Shown one piece after another: positions 1-7,174 of a stretch of 32,000 bases of DNA. The number at the start of each line of letters is the position of its first letter. Position 1 is the first letter of the stretch. The DNA lies in sequence record OZ375201.1. One strand, given 5' to 3'. A program made the translations under genes and the position numbers. The notes beneath the pieces were generated by a model that was not told the DNA's origin, ran no database searches, and was given only the letters and a program-made list of their open reading frames with translations.

Positions 1-92
1 GTTTAGTTTCAAAAGGCGCTCCTAAAACAAAAACCATGATTTATTCATATTTAGGCCTTCCTTTAACAGATGAAGAATCAAACTCCTTATAA
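1..92 (+). CDS. possible 3' end of a ribosomal protein L5-like gene entering from upstream (partial, tentative)
   Basis: Frame 3 is open from position 3 to TAA at 90-92. The tail ...PKTKTMIYSYLGLPLTDEESNSL loosely resembles the bacterial L5 C-terminus (AKT...LLxxLGxPF). rpl5-rps14-rps8 is the canonical order. Only 29 codons are visible. Confidence 0.2.
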   Translation, partial: LVSKGAPKTKTMIYSYLGLPLTDEESNSL

Positions 93-106
93 CTCCTTAT
101 AACTCC
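81..106. repeat. 10-nt tandem repeat aactccttat x2.6
   Basis: Direct reading: aactccttat aactccttat aactcc. Confidence 0.9.
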
Positions 107-256
107 AATTTTGTCCGTTTTACAGGGTATTTGATCATTTTAGGTAAATATGCCTAACTTTAGTCTAAACCCCTCTTAAAACACGTTATACGGGCAATTA
201 TAAGAACATTTAGAACTTATTCCTATTTGTAAACCTATAAAAACAAAAGATCAAAA

Positions 257-556
257 ATGAAAAAGCAAATAAACAAGGATATAAAAAGACGCAAACTTTT
301 TAAACGCTACGAATTAAAAAGACGTCTTCTCCTAGGCTTAGTTAATGATTTGTCAATTCCACTTGAAAAAAGACTAGAATTTATCTCACTTCTAAATAAA
401 TTACCAAGGAATGCATCAAAGACCCGCACAAAGAATAGATGTATTTTAACAGGGCGGTCTAAAAGTGTTTATAGGTTTTGCAAATTGTCTAGACTAGGAC
501 TAAGGGATTTAGGCTCAAAAGGTTTAATCCCTGGACTTTCTAAAAAATCATGGTAA
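257..556 (+). CDS. rps14: ribosomal protein S14
   Basis: 99-aa ORF with an ATG start. The C-terminal part NRCILTGRSKSVYRFCKLSRLGLRDLGSKGLIPGLSKKSW is the typical S14 signature. Confidence 0.93.
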   Translation: MKKQINKDIKRRKLFKRYELKRRLLLGLVNDLSIPLEKRLEFISLLNKLPRNASKTRTKNRCILTGRSKSVYRFCKLSRLGLRDLGSKGLIPGLSKKSW

Positions 557-575
557 AACTACATAAAGAAAAAAA

Positions 576-956
576 ATGAACGTATTTTCTGATTTTTATT
601 CACGCCTTCAAAGTGCCCAACGTGCAGGTCTCCCTTGTGTAGGTCTACCCTGGTCTCATAAAATCTATCGATTCGGCCTTCTCTTGAAACGCCTTAAATA
701 TATAGAAGACCTTGAATGCATTGATAATTCGGAAAAAAAGTCCTGTACTATTTGGTTTTATTTAAAACCTGGAAGCTTTTCTTATCTACGACAGATAAGC
801 AAGCCAAGCTTACGAGTTTATAAAAAAGCTAAGGAGATACACCCGTATAAGAAAGCTTATGGTTCTCTTATCCTTTCAACTTCTAAAGGCCTATTATCTT
901 GCCAAGAAGCCCAAGCCTTAGGCTTGGGGGGTGAACTTATGTGTGAAATTTATTAA
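576..956 (+). CDS. rps8: ribosomal protein S8
   Basis: 126-aa ORF. It has an S8-like N-terminus (FSDFYSRLQSAQRAG) and C-terminus (LSTSKGLLSCQEAQALGLGGELMCEIY), and it follows rps14 as in the spc operon. Confidence 0.85.
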   Translation: MNVFSDFYSRLQSAQRAGLPCVGLPWSHKIYRFGLLLKRLKYIEDLECIDNSEKKSCTIWFYLKPGSFSYLRQISKPSLRVYKKAKEIHPYKKAYGSLILSTSKGLLSCQEAQALGLGGELMCEIY

Positions 957-960
957 AAAT

Positions 961-1248
961 ATGCCCCGTTCTGTATGGAAAGGGCCTTTTGTTGACCCTG
1001 GTTTATTACGATCTATCCTTAAGACACAAGACCAGAAATATACAAAAGGCCCCATAAAAGTATATTCACGACGTTCTATGATTCTTCCTGAATTTATTGG
1101 ACTTGAAGTTGACATTTATAACGGAAAAAGTTTCCAAACAGTTCTTCTTAAAGAAGAAATGATAGGTCATTCTTTTGGAGAATTTGCACCCACAAGAAAA
1201 CTATTTGTCCCTAAAGAAAAAAAGAAAGAAAAGGCTAAAAAAAAATAA
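961..1248 (+). CDS. rps19: ribosomal protein S19
   Basis: The start was trimmed to ATG 961 (MPRSVWKGPFVD...). GHSFGEFAPTRK is the S19 signature. The ORF-track start at 931 would overlap rps8. Confidence 0.92.
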   Translation: MPRSVWKGPFVDPGLLRSILKTQDQKYTKGPIKVYSRRSMILPEFIGLEVDIYNGKSFQTVLLKEEMIGHSFGEFAPTRKLFVPKEKKKEKAKKK

Positions 1249-1256
1249 TAAAATAA

Positions 1257-2309
1257 ATGGCACAAAAAACTAACCCCATAAGTCTTCGACTAAAATTAAA
1301 CAGGCGTTTTGATTCTTTTTGGTGGTCTTCCTTTTTCTATTCTAGGCTTTTTGATAGGGATCTCTTAATGAGAAAACATTTCCGTAAAGTCTTCCGACAA
1401 AGTAAAAGAAGATCATTAGGGCGAATTGCTTATACTGGAGACTCTAAAAGACAAAAAGTCTTTCTCTTTTGGGCAAAACCAAACCAAGTCGAAAAAATAG
1501 AGAAACCTTCATTTTGGAGAAGAAGAAGAAATTTAACTCAAAAGATAAAAAAAACTTCTTTTCGTTCTTTACCAGTTCAAGGGAACACTCTTTTGAATAT
1601 TAACTCTCCTTTACCAAGAAAATCTTTACAGGAAAAAGCCAGACTTCTGCGTCTTTTAGGTCTGGTATTTTCTTCTACTCTTCTTAACCCAAGAGACAAA
1701 AAGAATGCTTATTCTCAAATTACTAGCATACTTACAGAACAAAAGTATTTTTCGTCTCCTTCAAGTTTTTTCTCGCATCTTCAATTACAGAGAGCGTTTA
1801 ATCACCTTAAGAATACCAAGAGTAAAAAAACCAAAGTAAAAAAAAGAAACAACGACAAGACCTTATTGTTGGAAAACACAGGACCTTCTAAACAAAGGGA
1901 AAAATTAACTAAAAGTATTAAAAAGTCTTTCAAATATGGCCTAGAAAACCATGTCCAACAGTCTTTTCAAATACAGTCATCTATATCACCCTCTGTTTTA
2001 GATAATCCTTACTTAAGTGCCGTAACACTAAATGATTTTATAGAGGATCAATTAAGAAGGCGTATCTTCTTTAAGAAAGTTTTTGGAACAATTAAACGGG
2101 ATACTCAAAAACTTTTTAGGCAAGGTCATTTAAAAGGAATCAGAATACTTCTTTCAGGAAGGTTAGGCCGACCTGAAAAGGCAAAAACTGCATCCCTTTA
2201 TATTGGTAGAACTTCTTTAAATTCATTTAAAGAACGTATTGACTACGCGTCTTCGTCCGCTCTAACACGTTACGGTCAAATAGGAATAAAAGTTTGGCTT
2301 TCTTTTTAA
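1257..2309 (+). CDS. rps3: ribosomal protein S3 with a long K/S-rich internal expansion
   Basis: The N-terminus MAQKTNPISLRLKLNRRFDSFWW and the C-terminus GIRILLSGRLGRPEKAKTASLYIGRTSLNSFKERIDYASSSALTRYGQIGIKVWLSF match S3. It follows rps19. Confidence 0.9.
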   Translation: MAQKTNPISLRLKLNRRFDSFWWSSFFYSRLFDRDLLMRKHFRKVFRQSKRRSLGRIAYTGDSKRQKVFLFWAKPNQVEKIEKPSFWRRRRNLTQKIKKTSFRSLPVQGNTLLNINSPLPRKSLQEKARLLRLLGLVFSSTLLNPRDKKNAYSQITSILTEQKYFSSPSSFFSHLQLQRAFNHLKNTKSKKTKVKKRNNDKTLLLENTGPSKQREKLTKSIKKSFKYGLENHVQQSFQIQSSISPSVLDNPYLSAVTLNDFIEDQLRRRIFFKKVFGTIKRDTQKLFRQGHLKGIRILLSGRLGRPEKAKTASLYIGRTSLNSFKERIDYASSSALTRYGQIGIKVWLSF

Positions 2310-2373
2310 ATATTTTTTGATTAAAGAAAACTATTATTTTTTTCCCCTTAAGTAAACGCCTCAAATAATTTAA

Positions 2374-2631
<258 letters not shown>

Positions 2632-2725
2632 GACAAATCATTAACCTAGGATAGAGAAGAAAAAATCATGCCTACATAATAATTTAAGATTATAAAATTA
2701 TAATATCTTTATTACTTTTAAGTGC

Positions 2726-2802
2726 AAAAGTCCTGGTATGCACCCTGAATAGGAGAAAGATCTTGTAAAAAGTTCTGGTGTGCACCCTTAATGAGGAAAA
2801 CC
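2726..2802. repeat. two adjacent copies of dispersed repeat family A (core ctggtgtgcaccctta)
   Basis: aaaagtcctggtatgcaccctgaataggagaaaga (2726-2760) and aaaagttctggtgtgcacccttaatgaggaaaacc (2767-2802). Related copies lie at 10855-10883 and, inverted, at 14844-14870. Confidence 0.85.
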
Positions 2803-2868
2803 TCCTAATGGGCCCCCTTAAAAGAAAATAAAACTCTAAACCATACAAAAACACATAAAAAGCCTGAT

Positions 2869-2950
2869 GCGGATATGGCGGAATTGGCAGACGCGCTAGT
2901 TTTAGGCACTAGTAAAGGAATTTGTGGGGGTTCAAGTCCCTCTATCCGTA
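2869..2950 (+). tRNA. trnL(uag): tRNA-Leu (anticodon UAG), class II with long variable arm
   Basis: Manual cloverleaf: acceptor gcggata/tatccgt, anticodon loop tttaggc, T arm ggggg-ttcaagt-ccctc. Confidence 0.9.
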
Positions 2951-2953
2951 GAA

Positions 2954-3025
2954 GGGTGTGTAGCTCAGTGGTAGAGCATCGGGCTTTTAACCTGGTGGTC
3001 GTAGGTTCGAACCCTATCACACTCA
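2954..3025 (+). tRNA. trnK(uuu): tRNA-Lys (UUU)
   Basis: Acceptor gggtgtg/cacactc, D arm agctcagtggtagagc, anticodon loop cttttaa. Confidence 0.92.
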
Positions 3026-3062
3026 AAACTTAAATAACTGAGAGAAGTGGCGAAAAAATAAA

Positions 3063-4037
3063 ATGTTTATTGCAGGAATACTTTTAAAAATTTTAGGTTT
3101 AATCGTTCCGTTACTTTTAGGTATTGCCTTTATGGTCTTAGCTGAAAGAAAAGTGATGGGATCTATACAAAGAAGAAAAGGTCCTAATGTTGTAGGTACC
3201 TTTGGACTTCTTCAACCTATCGCAGATGGCCTAAAGTTAATGGTTAAGGAACCAGTCCTTCCAAGTAACGCAAATTTGATGATTTTCTTAGCCGCTCCGG
3301 TTTTAACTTTTATGTTAGCCTTAATTTCTTGGGCTGTAATTCCTTTTGGAGATTCTCTTGTTTTATGTGACCTAAATATAGGGGTTCTTTACCTCTTTGC
3401 TGTATCATCTTTAGGTGTATACGGTGTCATTATGGCTGGATGGTCAAGTAACTCTAAGTACGCTTTCCTTGGGGCTTTAAGATCAACAGCACAAATGGTT
3501 TCATACGAAGTATCTTTAGGGCTTATTTTAATATCAACTCTAATTTTTGCAGGATCTCTAAATTTTACAGAAATTGTGGAAAGCCAGAAAGAGGTATGGT
3601 TTCTTGTTCCTCTTTTCCCCCTTTTCATGTTGTTTTTCATTTCTTGCTTAGCAGAAACAAATAGAGCTCCGTTTGACCTACCTGAAGCCGAAGCGGAACT
3701 TGTTGCCGGTTATAACGTTGAATATTCATCAATGGCCTTTGCTTTATTCTTCCTAGGAGAGTATGGTAATATGATCTTAATGTGCAGCTTTTGTTCTATT
3801 ATGTTCTGTGGTGGTTGGTTACCCCTAATCTCTGCTTTAGATTTTATGCCTCCTGGTTTTTGGCTAGGCCTAAAAGCATCATTTTTCCTTTTTGGTTTTA
3901 TTTGGGTTCGTGCAGCATTCCCACGCTATCGCTACGACCAATTAATGAGGCTAGGGTGGAAAGTATTCTTACCATTATCTTTAGCTTGGGTTTTCTTTGT
4001 ATCAGGACTAATGATAGGCTTTGATTGGCTACCATAA
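3063..4037 (+). CDS. nad1: NADH dehydrogenase subunit 1
   Basis: 324-aa ORF with [48 protein letters not shown] and [10 protein letters not shown]. Confidence 0.98.
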   Translation: MFIAGILLKILGLIVPLLLGIAFMVLAERKVMGSIQRRKGPNVVGTFGLLQPIADGLKLMVKEPVLPSNANLMIFLAAPVLTFMLALISWAVIPFGDSLVLCDLNIGVLYLFAVSSLGVYGVIMAGWSSNSKYAFLGALRSTAQMVSYEVSLGLILISTLIFAGSLNFTEIVESQKEVWFLVPLFPLFMLFFISCLAETNRAPFDLPEAEAELVAGYNVEYSSMAFALFFLGEYGNMILMCSFCSIMFCGGWLPLISALDFMPPGFWLGLKASFFLFGFIWVRAAFPRYRYDQLMRLGWKVFLPLSLAWVFFVSGLMIGFDWLP

Positions 4038-4068
4038 AGAAAACATACAGGAGTTTTTTAACTCTTAT

Positions 4069-4139
4069 GCGGGTATAGCTCAATGGTAGAGTATAGCTTT
4101 GCCATAGCTGTGATGAGGGTTCGATTCCCTCTATCCGCT
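4069..4139 (+). tRNA. trnG(gcc): tRNA-Gly (GCC)
   Basis: Acceptor gcgggta/tatccgc, anticodon loop ttgccat, T arm gaggg-ttcgatt-ccctc. Confidence 0.92.
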
Positions 4140-4149
4140 TAAAACGGGA

Positions 4150-4221
4150 GTCCCTTTCGTCTAGTGGTTAGGACATTACTTTTTCAAGGTAAGAACACGG
4201 GTTCGATCCCCGTAAGGGACG
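4150..4221 (+). tRNA. trnE(uuc): tRNA-Glu (UUC)
   Basis: Acceptor gtccctt/aagggac, D arm gtctagtggttaggac, anticodon loop ttttcaa. Confidence 0.92.
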
Positions 4222-4409
4222 TTATATAATATACACACCACACGCAAATCATCTTATAAAGGCCCTTATAATACGTTTTAAGGGGGGTTTAAGCTAAAAA
4301 TGGTGCACCTGGGTGTAATTATGAAAAAAGTAACTTTTACTCCATTAGAAGGACATCTCTTAATCCGGTTCGTTACATGCGTAAGACTTGGCCCTAAATA
4401 TCAAGGGAA

Positions 4410-4482
4410 AGGAGAATAGTTCCAATGGTAGAACAACGGTTTCCAAAACCGCAGGTTAGGGGTTCGAATCCCCTTTCTCCTG
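4410..4482 (+). tRNA. trnW(cca): tRNA-Trp (CCA)
   Basis: Acceptor aggagaa/ttctcct, anticodon loop ttccaaa. The CCA anticodon is consistent with the standard code. Confidence 0.9.
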
Positions 4483-4495
4483 AAGATAGAATAAA

Positions 4496-4566
4496 TGCGG
4501 GTAAAGGGAATCGAACCCTTATCCTCTGCTTGGAAGGCAGATAATTTACCATTAATCCATACCCGC
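4496..4566 (-). tRNA. trnG(ucc): tRNA-Gly (UCC)
   Basis: The reverse complement gcgggtatggattaatggtaaattatctgccttccaagcagaggataagggttcgattccctttacccgca folds as a cloverleaf with anticodon loop cttccaa. Confidence 0.9.
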
Positions 4567-4585
4567 TTATTAAAATAAAAAGATA

Positions 4586-4666
4586 GCCCGTTTGGTGAAA
4601 TTGGTAAACACGACAGACTTAAAATCTGTTCCCTATGGGTTATCGGTTCAAGTCCGATAATGGGCA
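4586..4666 (+). tRNA. trnL(uaa): tRNA-Leu (UAA), class II
   Basis: Acceptor gcccgtt/aatgggc, anticodon stem-loop acaga-cttaaaa-tctgt, long variable arm, T arm atcgg-ttcaagt-ccgat. Confidence 0.9.
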
Positions 4667-5247
4667 TTACCATCTTATAAAGAAGGAAATTGGTGCAAGA
4701 TAAGCACTAATTGATTAGTACAAGGGAAGTGCTAATTGATATTCATGGGAATTCGTACAAGGGCAGTACAAATAAAGATAACAATTGAAGAAACATAGCA
4801 ACTTCGTAGTTCTATAAAATTCTCTAAACTACTAGCTAGAGTAATTTTATAACTGGGGCACTATACTTCACACTCGGTCACGCTGGGCATACTACAACTA
4901 CAATTATACCAACACAGGGTCTATAATACAGTTCTACAAATTAACCTAGAACCTTAAAATGATTTAGATATCGTTAACTTTAAGTTATAAATTACCTAAA
5001 TTAAAGTAATTCAATTAACACAAAGTTCCGATTAATAATCACCTAAATTTGAGTTAGGATTAATTTAAAGAACAACCTTAATCCCCGAGAACTTTTTTGG
5101 ATGCTTTTATATAAACACTTTAACCTACCTAGAGGTTATAACCCTCCGTTGAGCGGGAATATATAAAAGTTGATTCAAGTTAAGAAAGTTCTCAGTAAAG
5201 CTAAAAGGAGCAAAAACAAAAAGAGTACGTTTTTGCCTTTTAGTCAA

Positions 5248-5270
5248 GGGGGGGGGATTAAGGGGGGGGG
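5248..5270 (+). promoter_or_regulatory. G9-ATTAA-G9 motif with G-quadruplex potential (function unknown)
   Basis: Direct reading: ggggggggg attaa ggggggggg. These are the longest G runs in an A+T-rich window. Confidence 0.5.
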
Positions 5271-5338
5271 TCGACCTTCTCCTCGATCATCTAGGCATAC
5301 TACGGCTTCTGGTAGAAGGTCGTACACAAGAATCCTTA

Positions 5339-5369
5339 AAGCTTTACGTAGTAAAACGTAGTAAAGCTT
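5339..5369. repeat. hairpin aagctttac/gtaaagctt enclosing a 10-nt tandem repeat (acgtagtaaa x2, 5346-5365)
   Basis: A 9-bp perfect inverted repeat with a 13-nt loop. The tandem unit was read directly. Confidence 0.85.
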
Positions 5370-5414
5370 AATAGGGATTCTTGATCCACATTTATGAGTG
5401 GATTAAGTAATATT

Positions 5415-5439
5415 CTTTATCCCTTTTAAAGGGATAAAG
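5415..5439. repeat. 25-nt perfect palindrome ctttatccctttt/aaagggataaag
   Basis: 12-nt arms around a single central base. Confidence 0.9.
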
Positions 5440-5458
5440 GTTATTACGGTTCTTCAAG

Positions 5459-5561
5459 GATAATCTTTAAGAGCATTATAGAATATATGAAGTATATTAA
5501 TATACGTAGTATATTGATATACGAGTATATTGTAATAATGCTCAGTTTATTAAAGATTATC
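5459..5561. repeat. long imperfect inverted repeat enclosing 17-nt palindromic tandem repeats (5492-5537)
   Basis: The left arm gataatctttaagagcattat (5459-5479) pairs with ataatgctc (5535-5543) and ttaaagattatc (5550-5561), leaving a 6-nt bulge. The interior reads gtatattaatatacgta / gtatattgatatacgag / gtatattgtaat. Confidence 0.85.
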
Positions 5562-5678
5562 TCTAATTGTTATGAATACGCATAATATGACTAGTACTAG
5601 TAGGATTAATCTATAGCTGCGTTAGCATGCCCACTCACTAATATATATAAATATACAAGCCTGCATATACCTAAATGG

Positions 5679-5782
5679 GTAATAACACGATGGTTTTGGT
5701 TTACTAACCAGCCCTTGCTTAAAGAGCCTAGTAATAACATGATGGTTTTGGTTTACTAACCAGCCCTTGCTTAGAAAGACTA
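5679..5782. repeat. 52-nt tandem duplication (2 copies)
   Basis: gtaataacacgatggttttggtttactaaccagcccttgcttaaagagccta is followed by gtaataacatgatggttttggtttactaaccagcccttgcttagaaagacta. Confidence 0.92.
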
Positions 5783-5923
5783 GTTAAACGGTTTGTTTAG
5801 ATAACCTCCTAACTTAGTACAACAATGACTTAGTTTGTGAAACCATCACGTTAACCTGCTCTATTACTTGCTTGGTTTGTGTATAAGGTTACCGGATTAA
5901 CTAAAGTTGTTGTAAGGAACTAG

Positions 5924-5962
5924 GTCCGACCGCAGGCCTTATTTAGGCCTAAAAGGTCGGAT
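5924..5962. repeat. nested hairpin about 40 nt upstream of trnR
   Basis: The outer stem is tccgacc (5925-5931) with ggtcgga (5955-5961). The inner stem is aggcct (5934-5939) with aggcct (5945-5950). Confidence 0.7.
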
Positions 5963-6003
5963 CAACCCCCTTAGTAGAGAACTACTCTTGGTTAACCAAC
6001 GAT

Positions 6004-6075
6004 GGGGGGTTAGTTTAGTGGATAAAACAACGACCTTCTAAGTCGTAGTCGATGGTTCGACTCCGTCACTCCCTA
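6004..6075 (+). tRNA. trnR(ucu): tRNA-Arg (UCU)
   Basis: Acceptor ggggggt/actccct (two G-U pairs), D arm gttt-agtggat-aaac, anticodon stem-loop acgac-cttctaa-gtcgt. Confidence 0.88.
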
Positions 6076-6114
6076 AAGCAGTAACCAACTATCCCCTAAA
6101 GTAGTAGAAAGGCC

Positions 6115-6188
6115 CAAGGTGTAGCGCAGCTTGGTAGCGCATCTGTTTTGGGAACAGAAGGTCATAGGTTCAAATCCTATCACCTTGA
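6115..6188 (+). tRNA. trnP(ugg): tRNA-Pro (UGG)
   Basis: Acceptor caaggtg/caccttg, anticodon stem-loop tctgt-tttggga-acaga. Confidence 0.9.
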
Positions 6189-6215
6189 CTAAAAAAGAAG
6201 AGAAAGAACGAAATA

Positions 6216-6518
6216 ATGAGTTTAATCCATTCACTTCACGTATCCTTTGTAGTTTTTCTTCTAGGTCTTGTAGGGATCTATTTAAACAGAAAGAACATTA
6301 TTTTGGTCTTAATGAGTATAGAATTAATGCTTTTAGGTATCAATTTAAACCTTTTAAGTTTTTCTGTTTCTTTAGACGATCTTTTAGGTCAAATCTTTGC
6401 ACTTTTTATACTTACAGTAGCAGCAGCTGAATCCGCTATTGGTTTAGCGATTCTTGTTATTTACTTTCGTGTAAGAGGTACAATTGATATAGAATTCATT
6501 CGCTTAATGAAAGGCTAA
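6216..6518 (+). CDS. nad4L: NADH dehydrogenase subunit 4L
   Basis: 100-aa hydrophobic ORF with [14 protein letters not shown]...[16 protein letters not shown]. Confidence 0.96.
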   Translation: MSLIHSLHVSFVVFLLGLVGIYLNRKNIILVLMSIELMLLGINLNLLSFSVSLDDLLGQIFALFILTVAAAESAIGLAILVIYFRVRGTIDIEFIRLMKG

Positions 6519-6543
6519 TGAAAAAATTTAAAGGTTAAAGGAA

Positions 6544-6626
6544 TGGGAAAGGTAGGATTCGAACCTACGTAGATATTAATCAACAGATTTACAGTCTGCC
6601 GCCTTTAGCCACTCAGCCACTTTCCC
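6544..6626 (-). tRNA. trnY(gua): tRNA-Tyr (GUA), class II
   Basis: The reverse complement gggaaagtggctgagtggctaaaggcggcagactgtaaatctgt... has anticodon loop ctgtaaa, a long variable arm, and acceptor gggaaag/ctttccc. Confidence 0.9.
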
Positions 6627-6649
6627 ATAAAAACCCCAACAACGCGTTT

Positions 6650-7165
6650 ATGCCACAATTAGACCATCTAACGTATTTTTCTCAGTATTTCTGGCTTTGT
6701 GTAACCTTTTTCACTTTCTACGCATTTTGTGTGAAGTATTATCTTCCTGAGCTAACTCGTTTAGCAAAATACCGTGGTAAAAGATTAAATGAAGGCCTTT
6801 CTACAGAAGAAAGTTCTGCTAATGATCAAATGAAAAAGTCAATCGAAGGCCTTAAAGGCTCTTTCGGTGATGTACACAAGAGTTCACAAGAAACAAGTGG
6901 GTTTTTTACAATTACATCAGGTTCTTGGTTCTGGTCTCGCGAATGGAAACCTTTTGGAAAAACCCAAAAAGGGCGCCATTCTTCATATAATCACTGTGAA
7001 GAAAGCTTCCAAAACCACCATGCTAAAGAGAGTCTTAATGAATCTTTAACTTCTGGACATACCAATGGTTTCGATTCTTTAATGCCTTCTTCTACTAAGG
7101 GTGTTTACCTGGACGCTTTTGATGTTTTTGTGTTTAAAGGGCTTGGATTAAAAATGAATAAATAA
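6650..7165 (+). CDS. atp8: ATP synthase F0 subunit 8 (orfB/ymf19-type), long form
   Basis: It has the MPQLDHLTYFSQYFW N-terminal signature followed by one transmembrane segment. The C-terminal two-thirds are hydrophilic and not recognisable. Confidence 0.8.
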   Translation: MPQLDHLTYFSQYFWLCVTFFTFYAFCVKYYLPELTRLAKYRGKRLNEGLSTEESSANDQMKKSIEGLKGSFGDVHKSSQETSGFFTITSGSWFWSREWKPFGKTQKGRHSSYNHCEESFQNHHAKESLNESLTSGHTNGFDSLMPSSTKGVYLDAFDVFVFKGLGLKMNK

Positions 7166-7174
7166 TAAAATAAA

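Larger units (their letters stand above)
4667..6003. other. largest non-coding region in the window (about 1.34 kb), rich in repeats and hairpins; candidate control region
   Basis: I found no credible ORF, tRNA or rRNA motif here. The region holds the G9 tracts, tandem repeats and palindromes listed separately. Confidence 0.7.

Noticed and set aside
931-960. Upstream extension of rps19 overlapping the end of rps8
   Set aside because: The conserved S19 N-terminus MPRSVWKGPF starts at ATG 961, 4 nt after the rps8 stop. The extension is unnecessary.
2805-3026. 73-aa minus-strand ORF (MSVIGFEPTTTRLKARCSTTELH...)
   Set aside because: It is antisense to trnL(UAG) and trnK(UUU). The 'GFEPTT' peptide is the usual artefact of translating a tRNA T-arm.
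4401-4673. 90-aa minus-strand ORF spanning three tRNA genes
   Set aside because: It covers trnW, trnG(UCC) and trnL(UAA). It is built from tRNA sequence (GLEPIT, GIRTPN peptides) and is not a gene.
5170-5361. 63-aa ORF in the large non-coding region
   Set aside because: It starts at TTG, reads through the two G9 runs (GGGIKGGGRPS) and the 10-nt tandem repeat, is low-complexity, and is not recognisable. I treated it as non-coding.
5492-5782. Tandem repeats considered as a possible CRISPR-like array
   Set aside because: The units are directly adjacent with no unique spacers, there are only 2-3 copies, the context is organellar, and no cas genes are present.
5883-5901. ataaggttaccggattaac, which faintly resembles RNase P RNA CR-V (ACAGAAnnCGGCUUA)
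   Set aside because: No matching GAAAGUCC-type CR-I/P4 partner lies upstream within a plausible distance. The only AATCCGG complement is at ~4361, beyond three tRNA genes. GAAAGTTCTC at ~5198 pairs with GAGAACTTT at ~5086, but in the wrong order for P4. The question is left open for a covariance-model search.
6131-6430. 99-aa ORF overlapping trnP and nad4L
   Set aside because: It starts at a TTG inside tRNA-Pro and runs out of frame with the clearly conserved nad4L.
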